Below, piece after piece: positions 23,920-32,000 of a stretch of DNA of 32,000 bases. Made by a program: the position numbers and the translations under genes. The first letter of the stretch is position 1; every line of letters begins with the position of its first letter. The DNA is from Candidatus Saccharimonadota bacterium (lineage in GTDB: Bacteria; Patescibacteriota; Patescibacteriia; 2-12-FULL-60-25): the NCBI GenBank assembly GCA_963718585.1, contig OY970357.1, positions 60,001 to 92,000 of the forward strand. The letters are read 5' to 3'. Below the pieces are notes generated by a model. It did not search any database, was not told the origin of the DNA, and saw only the letters and a program-made list of their open reading frames with translations.

Positions 23920-23939
23920 TGGTCAGGGCGTGATATGCT
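23913..23939 (+). promoter_or_regulatory. Candidate promoter of the FecR/cyclase operon
   Basis: TTGTCA (23913-23918), 15 nt spacer, extended -10 TGaTATGCT (23931-23939), then 11 nt to ATG 23951. Its -35 box overlaps the rnpB -35 box on the other strand. Confidence 0.45.
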
Positions 23940-23950
23940 CACCTCAGATT

Positions 23951-25957
23951 ATGCGAAAATGGGCCATAGCCATTGCGGTACTTGCTGCGCTCGGGATCTT
24001 CGCCTGGTGGTTCTGGTCGCTTGGTTCGGTGCCGTCTCCCCAGCAGGCGACGATCACGCTGGAGGTCACCGCAGATCCGGTCAGCATCAAGCGGTTTGGA
24101 GCGTCTGAATGGACCGCGGTGAATGGGAATGCTCAGATATCCCAAGGTGATGCGGTCAAAACGGGTGCGGGAGGAGCCGCGACTGTGATCTTTGCGGGAC
24201 GGGCGGAGAGCCGGTTGGCCTCGAATTCAGAGTTGACCCTGGATCAGACGACCGTTGATCCGAATGCGCCATTTTCGACCCTGTTGCATCTCACGGTCGG
24301 TCGCGTCTGGAGTCGTGTCCTACGCCTTCTTGATCTAGATGAGTCTTTCGCCGTTCGGACGGATGCGGTGGTTGCGACCGTGCGTGGGACCTCTTTCGAC
24401 CTCCAGACCGCTCCGACCGGGACGACATTATGGGTCTCGGATTCGGCGGTCGAGGTTGCGGGCGATGGACAGCGGGACGTTTCGAAGCCGATGCAAACGC
24501 CACTCGTCCTGAACGAAGGGTATTCCGCTAACTTTGACCCGCAAGGGAGTGTCGTCCATACGCAGCAGATCACGGATGCGGCAAAGCAATCTGCCTGGTT
24601 CCGCGGGAACACGGCGAATGACCAGGCGTTTGATCAAAAAGCGGCCGCGGATCTGCAGAATCGCCTGAATGCCCTTGGGGGGACGCGGCCGGGGAGTCTT
24701 GCGGACGGCTTTAGCCAGGCGTCGGAGCGGTTGCATCTTTTGTTGGCGGGAGCAGATGCGTCGAAGTTGTATGGGACCTATGCGGAGCGACGGATGGCAG
24801 TGATCATGCAGATGGTCGCGAGCGGTTCCTCCGGACAGGCGTTCCAAGCGTTGAGTTCGCTTGAGGAAGAAATGAATGGACGCATCACCCGGACGGATGG
24901 TGCCGCGTATCGGCAGTCGATCCGTATGGCGATCGGCGACGTGCTCTTCCTGCTGAAAGATGTCGAGCCATCATCTCCGCTCTATCGGATGAAGCAGCGG
25001 TTGGAAGACGATGAGATCTCCATGGCCTCGGGCGCAGTCGAGACGGCGTACGCGCATCTGCTCGGGATCGAGGCGCGTCTGGAGGAGGCATCGGTCATGA
25101 TCGGTACGGGATCGGTCGATGATGCGGGGAGTGCGCTCGATGCAGCGCAACAGGGGCTCATGAACGTTGAACGGGATATCGATCAACTTCCGGACAGTGC
25201 ACCCGTGGACCGTGTCCGCGCCCTACGCAGCAAACTTGATGTCTTGAAGGCGCGTGAGGCGACACTGCGGATCCGGCTTGCGACCGCGGTCCAGCCGCCG
25301 ACGAGTGAGATCCAGGGTGCGGCGACGTCTACGGTGATGGTCGCGACGTCCACGTTGGAAATCCTCTCACCTACGAGCACGGCCTCGTTTACAGGTCTGC
25401 GCGTGGCCGCATCTCCGAATCCCGCGAATGTGGGGCAGACGGTCACGCTGAAATGCATCGGTATCCTGGCGGATGGGAGCACCACAGACGTGACCGCGAA
25501 GACGCAATTCCTCCTGCAAGGGACCGTGGGTCAGCTGAATGGACCGACCTATGTGTCTGATGCGGCGGGAAATGTGACGATCGCCGCTTCGTATACGACA
25601 TCGGACGGACAGACGTTGCACGCGACCGTGAACGTGCAGATCAAAGCCGCACCCGTCACACTGACGGGGATGAATGTGACGACCGTAGACGGATCGACCT
25701 CGGCGTCGTTGCTTTCGGGTGAACGTGTTCAGGTGATGGCGACGGCCGTGTATTCCGACGGGACGCAAAAAGATGTGACTCCCTTCGTGCAATTCGTGAG
25801 TTCGGACCCGCAGATCGGTTCGTTTGCAGGCAATGTCTTCCTTGCCGGACAGACGGCCGGGACGGCGACCGTGACCGGGCGGTACACCGAATCCGGCGTG
25901 GTCGTCTCCGGGAATATGCCGATCGCGGTCGCGATCCCGTTGACCCTGCCGCAGTAA
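23951..25957 (+). CDS. Membrane-anchored FecR-domain protein with a central helical region and two C-terminal Big_2-like Ig domains (668 aa)
   Basis: ATG 23951 gives MRKWAIAIAVLAALGIFAWWFW, a signal anchor. FecR-like ISQGDAVKTGAGGAATVIFAGRAESRLASNSELTL...VRGTSFDL. C-terminal VTLKCIGILADGSTTDVTAKTQF and VQVMATAVYSDGTQKDVTPFVQFVSSDPQIGSF...TAGTATVTGRY. The track start 23825 lies inside rnpB. Confidence 0.8.
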   Translation: MRKWAIAIAVLAALGIFAWWFWSLGSVPSPQQATITLEVTADPVSIKRFGASEWTAVNGNAQISQGDAVKTGAGGAATVIFAGRAESRLASNSELTLDQTTVDPNAPFSTLLHLTVGRVWSRVLRLLDLDESFAVRTDAVVATVRGTSFDLQTAPTGTTLWVSDSAVEVAGDGQRDVSKPMQTPLVLNEGYSANFDPQGSVVHTQQITDAAKQSAWFRGNTANDQAFDQKAAADLQNRLNALGGTRPGSLADGFSQASERLHLLLAGADASKLYGTYAERRMAVIMQMVASGSSGQAFQALSSLEEEMNGRITRTDGAAYRQSIRMAIGDVLFLLKDVEPSSPLYRMKQRLEDDEISMASGAVETAYAHLLGIEARLEEASVMIGTGSVDDAGSALDAAQQGLMNVERDIDQLPDSAPVDRVRALRSKLDVLKAREATLRIRLATAVQPPTSEIQGAATSTVMVATSTLEILSPTSTASFTGLRVAASPNPANVGQTVTLKCIGILADGSTTDVTAKTQFLLQGTVGQLNGPTYVSDAAGNVTIAASYTTSDGQTLHATVNVQIKAAPVTLTGMNVTTVDGSTSASLLSGERVQVMATAVYSDGTQKDVTPFVQFVSSDPQIGSFAGNVFLAGQTAGTATVTGRYTESGVVVSGNMPIAVAIPLTLPQ

Positions 25958-25960
25958 CGT

Positions 25961-27946
25961 ATGAAGAAACGACGTGAACGATTTCTTCCGATATGGGTCG
26001 GCGCCGCCATCGGGGCGATCTGTGCGATCGCTTTTTTCGTAGGGGTCCTTGAGACATGGAGTCTTCGCGCGTCCGATCAATTCTTCCTTCCGCGCACGGC
26101 GGATCCGCGGATCGCGGTCGTGACCATCGATGACGTCTCGATCGGACGGATCGGTCGCTGGCCCTGGCCCCGCAGTGTCCATGCGCAACTCATCGACAAA
26201 CTCAAAGCCGCCGGGGTGATCGCGATCGGATATGACGTGAATTTTCCGGAGATCTCGGATGAGAACGATGACGCAGCGTTGGAGACCGCTTTGAAGAATG
26301 CGGGGAATGTCGTATTGCCTGTGGAGTTGGAACTGACGCAGGCTGGGAATGGGTTGACCGCGAATCCGAACAAGATCCTTGCCCCCATCCCGCGATTGAG
26401 TGCGGCTGCGGCCGGCACCGGTCACAGTAATACGCCGCCGGATCCGGATGGGATCATGCGCCGCGTCCCGCTCTTTACATCGTTGTCCAAGCCCGGAGAC
26501 TTCCCGTCCTTCACAGCGGAGGTCGCGCGCGTCGCCGGATTCGGTGATCGGTTGGGCGAAGCTCCGCTCGACGGCTCGTATCGGATGATCGTGAACTTTC
26601 CGAATCAGCCGTTCAAGGCGTTCCAGAGTTTTTCAGCGGTCGATGTCTTGAACGGGACAGCAGACCTCTCTGCGTTGAAGGGGGCGATCGTCTTCGTCGG
26701 TGCGACGGCGCCGGATCTTCACGATGCATTGTTGGTCCCGACCTCGAACGGCGTTTTGATGCCAGGTGTCGAGATCCATGCGTCCGTATTGGACACGCTC
26801 ATCGGCCGCCATTGGCTCGTTCCGTTCGATCCGTGGGTATTCGCCGCGATCCTGTTCTTCCTGGGGATCCTCATGGGGCTTTTGGTCCCGCGTTTGCGCG
26901 CTCGGTGGAGCATTCCGCTTACGATCGTGCTGTGGATCGCGATCATCGTGACCGCATTCGCCGCATTCGATCGGGGCGTGATCGTGGACGTGGTCTGGCC
27001 GACGATCGTGCTGATCTTCGGGTATGGCGCTGTCACGCTCGAACGACGCATCTCGGCGGATCGGGAACGGCGTGAGTTGAAATCCGCGTTCTCCCGCTAT
27101 GTGAACGCGTCCGTCGTGGATTCACTTCTCGCCGATCCGGCAAAGCTCAAGCTCGGCGGTGAGCGCCGGGCCATGTCCGTCCTCTTTTCCGACATCCGCG
27201 GCTTCACGACCCTGTCCGAAGGATTGGATCCGGAGCGGCTCGTCGATGTCTTGAACAAATACCTCACGCGCATGACCGCGATCGTCTTCCAGCATGACGG
27301 TGTGCTCGACAAATACATCGGTGATGCCGTGATGGCATTCTGGAATGCGCCGCTCGATCAGCCGGATCACGCATTTCGTGCCGTCGCGACCGCGATCGAC
27401 ATGCGCGACGCCCTGGCCCAGATGAACCATGACAAGGCCTTCGGCGACCTGGAGCTCCATATCGGCCTGGGCGTGAACTCTGGAGACATGGTCGTCGGCA
27501 ACGTGGGCGGGGAGGCGCGCTTTGATTACACGATCATCGGTGACAATGTGAACCTCGGGTCCCGCCTCGAGGGGCTGACGAAGGAGTATGGCGTCGGGAT
27601 CATCGTGTCCGAGGGGACGCTCGGACTGCTCGAGGGGAAGATCCTCACGCGCCGTCTCGATAAGGTCGCGGTGAAGGGGAAGAAAGAGCCGGTCGTGATC
27701 TACGAGGCGGTCGAACGGATGGAAAAGGCGACCGAGGTCCAGCGTGCGCTCGGAAAGGATTTCGAGACGGCGCTGGAAAAGTATTTCAAGCGCGACTTCG
27801 CGGGCGCGATCGTCGCGTGCGACGCGATCCTTGCCGCGCATCCGGAGGATGGGCCGTCCAAGACGCTCAAGGAACGATCGATGCATTTCCGCGACACACC
27901 GCCGCCGGACGATTGGGTCGGGACATGGGTCATGAAAAAGAAGTAA
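25961..27946 (+). CDS. CHASE2 sensor domain-containing class III adenylate cyclase (661 aa)
   Basis: N-terminal TM, then CHASE2-like DDVSIGRIGRWPWPRSVHAQLIDKLKAAG and NTPPDPDGIMRRVPL, followed by three TM helices. Cyclase domain: MSVLFSDIRGFTTLSE, LDKYIGDAVMAFWNAP and IIGDNVNLGSRLEG. The Lys in DKYIGD plus the Thr in DYTIIGD suggest ATP rather than GTP (inference). Starts 3 nt after the FecR gene stop. Confidence 0.88.
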   Translation: MKKRRERFLPIWVGAAIGAICAIAFFVGVLETWSLRASDQFFLPRTADPRIAVVTIDDVSIGRIGRWPWPRSVHAQLIDKLKAAGVIAIGYDVNFPEISDENDDAALETALKNAGNVVLPVELELTQAGNGLTANPNKILAPIPRLSAAAAGTGHSNTPPDPDGIMRRVPLFTSLSKPGDFPSFTAEVARVAGFGDRLGEAPLDGSYRMIVNFPNQPFKAFQSFSAVDVLNGTADLSALKGAIVFVGATAPDLHDALLVPTSNGVLMPGVEIHASVLDTLIGRHWLVPFDPWVFAAILFFLGILMGLLVPRLRARWSIPLTIVLWIAIIVTAFAAFDRGVIVDVVWPTIVLIFGYGAVTLERRISADRERRELKSAFSRYVNASVVDSLLADPAKLKLGGERRAMSVLFSDIRGFTTLSEGLDPERLVDVLNKYLTRMTAIVFQHDGVLDKYIGDAVMAFWNAPLDQPDHAFRAVATAIDMRDALAQMNHDKAFGDLELHIGLGVNSGDMVVGNVGGEARFDYTIIGDNVNLGSRLEGLTKEYGVGIIVSEGTLGLLEGKILTRRLDKVAVKGKKEPVVIYEAVERMEKATEVQRALGKDFETALEKYFKRDFAGAIVACDAILAAHPEDGPSKTLKERSMHFRDTPPPDDWVGTWVMKKK

Positions 27947-27949
27947 GAG

Positions 27950-27980
27950 AAAAAAGACCTGAATGTATCAGGTCTTTTTG
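27950..27980. terminator. Bidirectional intrinsic terminator shared by the cyclase and DUF1059 genes
   Basis: aaaaaagacctga atgta tcaggtcttttt. Confidence 0.8.
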
Positions 27981-28019
27981 TCTTTGCGCCCCGGGCGACG
28001 AGGCTCGGGATCCATCGTC

Positions 28020-28205
28020 TTATTCTGACTGGCGGATCATCCCCATCATCTTGCTCTTCGCTTCATCCGTGAAATCAGCATCGGTCATGCCGTGCGTTTC
28101 TTTGCCGTGGGCCATGAGTTTTTGAGCGACCTCATCTTGGGACTCGCCTTCGGCGACGAACGGGCATTCTTCGTGCCCCATTTCCTTACACGTGAGTTGG
28201 TACAT
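28020..28205 (-). CDS. DUF1059-type small protein (61 aa)
   Basis: MYQLTCKEMGHEECPFVAEGESQDEVAQKLMAHGKETHGMT matches the pattern I remember for DUF1059 (C..G..C.F...G....E........H....HG). A TGcTATACT extended -10 lies upstream, and the gene shares a bidirectional terminator. Confidence 0.7.
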   Translation of the reverse strand: MYQLTCKEMGHEECPFVAEGESQDEVAQKLMAHGKETHGMTDADFTDEAKSKMMGMIRQSE

Positions 28206-28236
28206 GGTGAAAAAAGGTTAAGGAATGAGTGAACGG

Positions 28237-28245
28237 AGTATAGCA
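28237..28245 (-). promoter_or_regulatory. Extended -10 element of the DUF1059 gene
   Basis: Minus strand TGcTATACT, just downstream of the trpS stop. Confidence 0.45.
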
Positions 28246-28258
28246 CGTCTGATTCAGA

Positions 28259-29251
28259 TCAGCGTCCCAGGCCCACACGGTCCCGGACGACTGTCATCTT
28301 CGCTTCCGCGAGTTTCAGCGCCTCATCCCGACCTTGATCCAGGATCTTCATGAGCTCACCTTTGTCATCGAGGTAGTGGTGGACCTTTGCTTGGAACGGT
28401 TCAAGCATTGCGACGACCGCTTCGGCCAGCGCTTTCTTGAAGTCGCCATACCCCTTGCCGGCGAATTCCTTCTCAATGTCTTTGATCGGACGACCCGTTG
28501 CGTGGTGGAAGATCGTCAGCAGATTGGAGATGGCGGGACGCTTCGGGATATCGTACCGGATCTCAGCCCCCGAGTCGGTGACCGCCTTCATGATCTTTTT
28601 GCGGATCACGTCTGGCGGATCAAGGAGGGAGATATAGTTCGCGGCTGAACTCGCGCTCTTCGACATCTTTGTCTTCGGGTCATCGAGGCCCATGATACGC
28701 GCGCCGACTTTTTGGACGAGCGTCTGCGGCACGACGAAGGTCTCGCCGAACTGGGAATTGAAGCGGCGTGCGAGCACACGGGCGATCTCCAGGTGCTGGA
28801 CTTGATCCTCCCCGACCGGGACGACCGTCGTGTCGTAGAGGAGAACATCTGCGGCCATGAGCGTGGGGTAGGTAAAGAGACCAACGCCGACGTTCTCGCC
28901 CTTCTTTTTCGATTTATCCTTGAATTGCGTCATACGCTCAAGCTCGGCCATCTTCGTGACCGTGCTCAAGATCCATCCGAGTTCCGCATGTTGGGGGACT
29001 TCGCTTTGTACGAAGATGCGGCAGCGTGAGGGTTCGATCCCGGCGGCAAGGTAGGTCGCGGCGACCGTAAGCGTGCTGTCGCGTAGTTTTTTTGGATCCT
29101 GCGGAACCGTGATCGCGTGGAGGTCCACGACGCAGAAGAAGCAGCGATAACGATGCTGGATCTCGGTCCATTGTTTGAGCGCGCCGATGTAATTGCCGAT
29201 ATGCATGGCATTGGTCGGCTGCACGCCTGAGAAAAGAAGCTCCTGTGTCAT
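28259..29251 (-). CDS. trpS: Tryptophan--tRNA ligase
   Basis: Class I HIGH-type motif QPTNAMHIGNYIGAL, KMSKS, and an overall length of 330 aa. Confidence 0.95.
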   Translation of the reverse strand: MTQELLFSGVQPTNAMHIGNYIGALKQWTEIQHRYRCFFCVVDLHAITVPQDPKKLRDSTLTVAATYLAAGIEPSRCRIFVQSEVPQHAELGWILSTVTKMAELERMTQFKDKSKKKGENVGVGLFTYPTLMAADVLLYDTTVVPVGEDQVQHLEIARVLARRFNSQFGETFVVPQTLVQKVGARIMGLDDPKTKMSKSASSAANYISLLDPPDVIRKKIMKAVTDSGAEIRYDIPKRPAISNLLTIFHHATGRPIKDIEKEFAGKGYGDFKKALAEAVVAMLEPFQAKVHHYLDDKGELMKILDQGRDEALKLAEAKMTVVRDRVGLGR

Positions 29252-29311
29252 GGGACCAAGGATGCCCGATGTGATATCCTCTTGGCAACTTATGTCATTC
29301 GCCCTTTATGA

Positions 29312-30010
29312 ATGGCGCGTAACAATATCAGTATGGCAAACGGAAAATCCAAGTCACCCACCAACGCCCAACCCACCAAGCCCATGGCTCCCAAGAGCCA
29401 GACCATGGGGCTCCTCATCGCCCTCTCCATCCTCATGATGGTCGGATTCCTGGTCCTGTACTTCAAGATCGATCTCGATTCCCAGCTTGCGGCGAACAAC
29501 ACCGCGCTCCTCTCCCAGCAGGTCCAACAACTCGACATGCGGGTGGGGAAGATGGATGCACCGACCGCGATGCCAGAACAGGTGATGCCCTCGAATGAAC
29601 ATACGATGACTTCGTCAACGGGGATGAAAGGTTATTCATGGAAAACGTTGACCTTCGAACTTCCCGCTAACATGAATGTCACGGCGAATTCAGAGAATGA
29701 ATTTACGGCTGAGACAAACGGCCCCGCGAACCTCTGTGGGGCAGATGTACCACGGGGAGCGCAAACGCCACTCGGCCCAGTGAATTGCACAGAGGGGTAT
29801 CGCTTTACGCTCACACCCTTCAAAAAAGGGTACTTTGAAGGAAACGAACCGACGTTAGTAGATACGGCCTTGTCGGATGTCCAAAAGGGAACGGGTGAGT
29901 ACGATGGTTGGTATCTCATCAAACGGGATCCGAATAACTGGTACTATCTGACATTTCAGTCGAGTGACCCTACACTTGGCTCCTTCTTCGACTCCCTGAA
30001 AGCCCATTGA
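29312..30010 (+). CDS. Hypothetical single-pass membrane protein with an extracytoplasmic domain (232 aa)
   Basis: TM segment GLLIALSILMMVGFLVLYF after a Lys/Pro-rich N-terminus. The exported part has two Cys. The start is uncertain (ATG 29312 or ATG 29333) and no Shine-Dalgarno is visible. A strong terminator follows. Confidence 0.55.
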   Translation: MARNNISMANGKSKSPTNAQPTKPMAPKSQTMGLLIALSILMMVGFLVLYFKIDLDSQLAANNTALLSQQVQQLDMRVGKMDAPTAMPEQVMPSNEHTMTSSTGMKGYSWKTLTFELPANMNVTANSENEFTAETNGPANLCGADVPRGAQTPLGPVNCTEGYRFTLTPFKKGYFEGNEPTLVDTALSDVQKGTGEYDGWYLIKRDPNNWYYLTFQSSDPTLGSFFDSLKAH

Positions 30011-30020
30011 AGAATGATAC

Positions 30021-30052
30021 AAAACACCCCGCCGGAGCGGGGTGTTTTTTTT
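30021..30052 (+). terminator. Intrinsic terminator after ORF 29312..30010
   Basis: aaaacaccccgc cgga gcggggtgtttttttt. A second hairpin, atcctgaa acgag ttcaggat (about 30062-30082), lies between it and the rnj stop. Confidence 0.8.
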
Positions 30053-30089
30053 GGATGCGGATCCTGAAACGAGTTCAGGATGGCACGTG

Positions 30090-31937
30090 TTACGCCTCGA
30101 CAAGGATCGGGAGGATCATCGGGCGGCGCTGGGTCTTGTGGTAGAGGAACTCGCCGAGTTCCTCGCGGATCTTATCCTTGAGGTACATCGCGTTTGCGCT
30201 GGAGCGCGGGTCGTCGTCCTTGAGGACCTGTGCGACCTTTTTGCGTGCCGCGTCGATGAGTTCCGTGTGTTCCTTCATGTAGATGAAGCCGCGGGAGATC
30301 AGGTCCGGCATCTGCAGGAGCTTACCCGTCTTGTCCGAGACGACTGCGAGCACGATCACGACGCCATCGCCGGCGAGTTCTTGCCGGTCGCGGAGGATGA
30401 CGTGGTTCGTGTCACCGACACCGAGTCCATCCACGAAGACATATGATGTGTCGACCTTCTTGTTCGTCAGCTGGCCGTTGCCTTTACCGTCGAATTCCAT
30501 GATCTGACCATTGTCCGCGATCATTGCGCGTTCGCGCGGGAAGCCTGCAGCCACGGCCGCGTTCACGTGTTCACAAAGGAAGGCGTAATGTCCCTCGATC
30601 GGGATGAGGTATTTCGGTTTCACCATCTTGTGCATCTCGACGAGGTCCTCCTGCTTGGCGTGACCGCCGGCATGGACGTCCATCATCTTGTAATGGATGA
30701 CCTTTGCACCTTCGCGGTACAGCGTGTCTTTGACGCGTTGGACCGACCGCTCGTTGCCAGGGATGACGGACGAGGAGAATACGACGGTGTCACCCGGTTC
30801 GATCTCGAGGAACGGATGTTCCCGGTTGGCGATGCGCATGAGGACAGCGCGCTCTTCTCCCTGCGCGCCCGTGCAGACGATCGCGACTTTCTCTGGAGGG
30901 AGTTTGACCGCCTCGCGGGTGTCGATGAGCGTGCCTTTTTGGATCTTCATGTATCCCAGTTCCTGGGAGATGGCGACGTTCGAGCGCATGGAAAAGCCCT
31001 CGACCGCGACCTTTCGGCCGGCGCGTTCGCACGCGATGATGATCTGCTGGATACGCGCGATCATGGACGCGAACGTCCCGATGATGATCTTGCCTTTGGC
31101 ATTCGCGATGATCTCGTCGATGTTCGTCTGGATCTCATGTTCCGGCAACTGGCGGCCCGCTTGGGTCGCGTTCGTCGAGTCGATCATGAGGGCGAGCACA
31201 TTGCGATCACCAAGCTTTTTGATCTTTTCTGTCTCCTGCACGGATTGTGCACCTGGTTCCGGATCAAGCTTGAAGTCGCCCGTATGCACGATGATCCCGC
31301 ACGGCGTGGTCACGATGACGCCCATCGAGGACGGTACGGAGTGTGCAACGCCGAAGAATTCGATCTCGAATTTTCCGAGGCGGAGGACGTCATCCGATTT
31401 GACGACGTGCATATTGAGCGGCGGTTTGTCGCGATGATCTTCCTGGCGCTTTTTGATGATCCCGCAGGTCAGATCCGTCGAGAACAACGGGGGATTGCCG
31501 AGTTTCGGCATGAGATGCGGAATGCCGCCGATGTGGTCGTAGTGTGCGTGCGTGATGATGACACCGCGAACGTTCTTCTCCTTCCCTTTGAGACAGGAGA
31601 TATTCGGGATGATGTAGTCCACGCCCGGCATGTCCTCGTCCGGGAATTGGAGACCCATGTCGATGAGGATGATGTCGTCGCCGTATTCCATCATGGTCAT
31701 GTTCCGGCCGACTTCCTCATTGCCGCCAAGGACCGCGATCTTGAGTCGTTCTTTCGCATCGCCCAAGAGGAGATCTTTGTCTGATCCGGTCTTGAGGTAT
31801 GGATTGTTCTTGAATGTCTGCATCCGCGGTTCGCGCTGGAAGGCACCGCCTCCACGGCCCATACGCTTGCCACCACGGCCGCGTTTGCCGCCGTGTTTCG
31901 GTCCCTCTTCCCGTGAAAAGCCTTGTTTGAGGGACAT
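30090..31937 (-). CDS. rnj: Ribonuclease J (metallo-beta-lactamase / beta-CASP RNase) with an Arg/Gly-rich N-terminal extension
   Basis: LKIAVLGGNEEVGRNMTMMEY and the HxHxDH motif VIITHAHYDHIGG, with beta-CASP and C-terminal domains colinear. The first about 60 aa (KHGGKRGRGGKRMGRGGGAF) are extra. The true start could be an internal Met. Confidence 0.9.
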   Translation of the reverse strand: MSLKQGFSREEGPKHGGKRGRGGKRMGRGGGAFQREPRMQTFKNNPYLKTGSDKDLLLGDAKERLKIAVLGGNEEVGRNMTMMEYGDDIILIDMGLQFPDEDMPGVDYIIPNISCLKGKEKNVRGVIITHAHYDHIGGIPHLMPKLGNPPLFSTDLTCGIIKKRQEDHRDKPPLNMHVVKSDDVLRLGKFEIEFFGVAHSVPSSMGVIVTTPCGIIVHTGDFKLDPEPGAQSVQETEKIKKLGDRNVLALMIDSTNATQAGRQLPEHEIQTNIDEIIANAKGKIIIGTFASMIARIQQIIIACERAGRKVAVEGFSMRSNVAISQELGYMKIQKGTLIDTREAVKLPPEKVAIVCTGAQGEERAVLMRIANREHPFLEIEPGDTVVFSSSVIPGNERSVQRVKDTLYREGAKVIHYKMMDVHAGGHAKQEDLVEMHKMVKPKYLIPIEGHYAFLCEHVNAAVAAGFPRERAMIADNGQIMEFDGKGNGQLTNKKVDTSYVFVDGLGVGDTNHVILRDRQELAGDGVVIVLAVVSDKTGKLLQMPDLISRGFIYMKEHTELIDAARKKVAQVLKDDDPRSSANAMYLKDKIREELGEFLYHKTQRRPMILPILVEA

Positions 31938-32000
31938 GCGTTTGATGTCCTTCGGGTGTGCGGGTTTGGCGTCCCTTTCGGACGAGTTGGGTCGCTTCCC

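Noticed and set aside
23570-23950. ORFs 23570..23752 and 23641..23877, and the first 42 codons of ORF 23825..25957
   Set aside because: The region is the RNase P RNA plus its promoter. The FecR-domain protein begins at ATG 23951 with a signal-anchor sequence.
25367-26425. 352-aa minus-strand ORF spanning the FecR/cyclase junction
   Set aside because: It is antisense to two well-supported genes and has an Arg/Gly/His-rich junk composition.
29041-29051. GGTTCGATCCC, a tRNA T-loop-like string
   Set aside because: The flanks (gaggg / ggcgg) cannot form a T stem, no acceptor or anticodon arms are present, and the string lies inside the trpS coding sequence.
30567-31784. 405-aa plus-strand ORF
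   Set aside because: It is antisense to the RNase J gene, and its sequence is Asp/Arg-rich with no motifs.

Overview
This is a 32-kb, moderately GC-rich bacterial chromosomal segment. It reads cleanly with the standard genetic code and is tightly packed. I support 28 protein genes plus one RNase P RNA. Most are housekeeping: truB (partial), infB, trxA-trxB, tsaD-tsaE, a DksA/TraR zinc-finger gene, a PilB/GspE-type ATPase, ftsH, rpsA, trpS and RNase J. Many long ORFs in the track lie antisense to real genes (for example antisense to infB, ftsH and rnj). I treat these as GC-driven shadow ORFs. Several track ORFs also start too far upstream, and I give revised starts based on Shine-Dalgarno sites, ATGA overlaps, conserved N-termini and promoter boxes.

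The accessory or unusual content is:
- A minus-strand surface locus: a polyprenyl-phosphate sugar-phosphate transferase, two GT4 glycosyltransferases, then a 1273-aa secreted protein with eight Cys-containing Ig-like modules joined by Asn/Thr linkers.
- A FecR-domain/Big_2 membrane protein coupled to a CHASE2 class III adenylate cyclase.
- An RNase P RNA (about 440 nt) that the ORF track mis-reads as ORFs. Its near-consensus promoter sits back-to-back with the FecR operon promoter.
- Repeated -10 boxes only 6-12 nt upstream of start codons, which suggests leaderless or near-leaderless mRNAs.
- A repeat-built RNA hairpin at the tsaD/tsaE junction.
- An unrecognisable 232-aa gene in the position where tsaB sits in some operons.

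I saw no transposase, integrase, CRISPR array, rRNA or tRNA gene, toxin-antitoxin pair or recognisable defence system. Nothing here is demonstrably a new system. The surface-glycoprotein locus and the FecR/CHASE2 cyclase pair are the best candidates for follow-up. All family calls come from motif recognition by eye, not from database searches.
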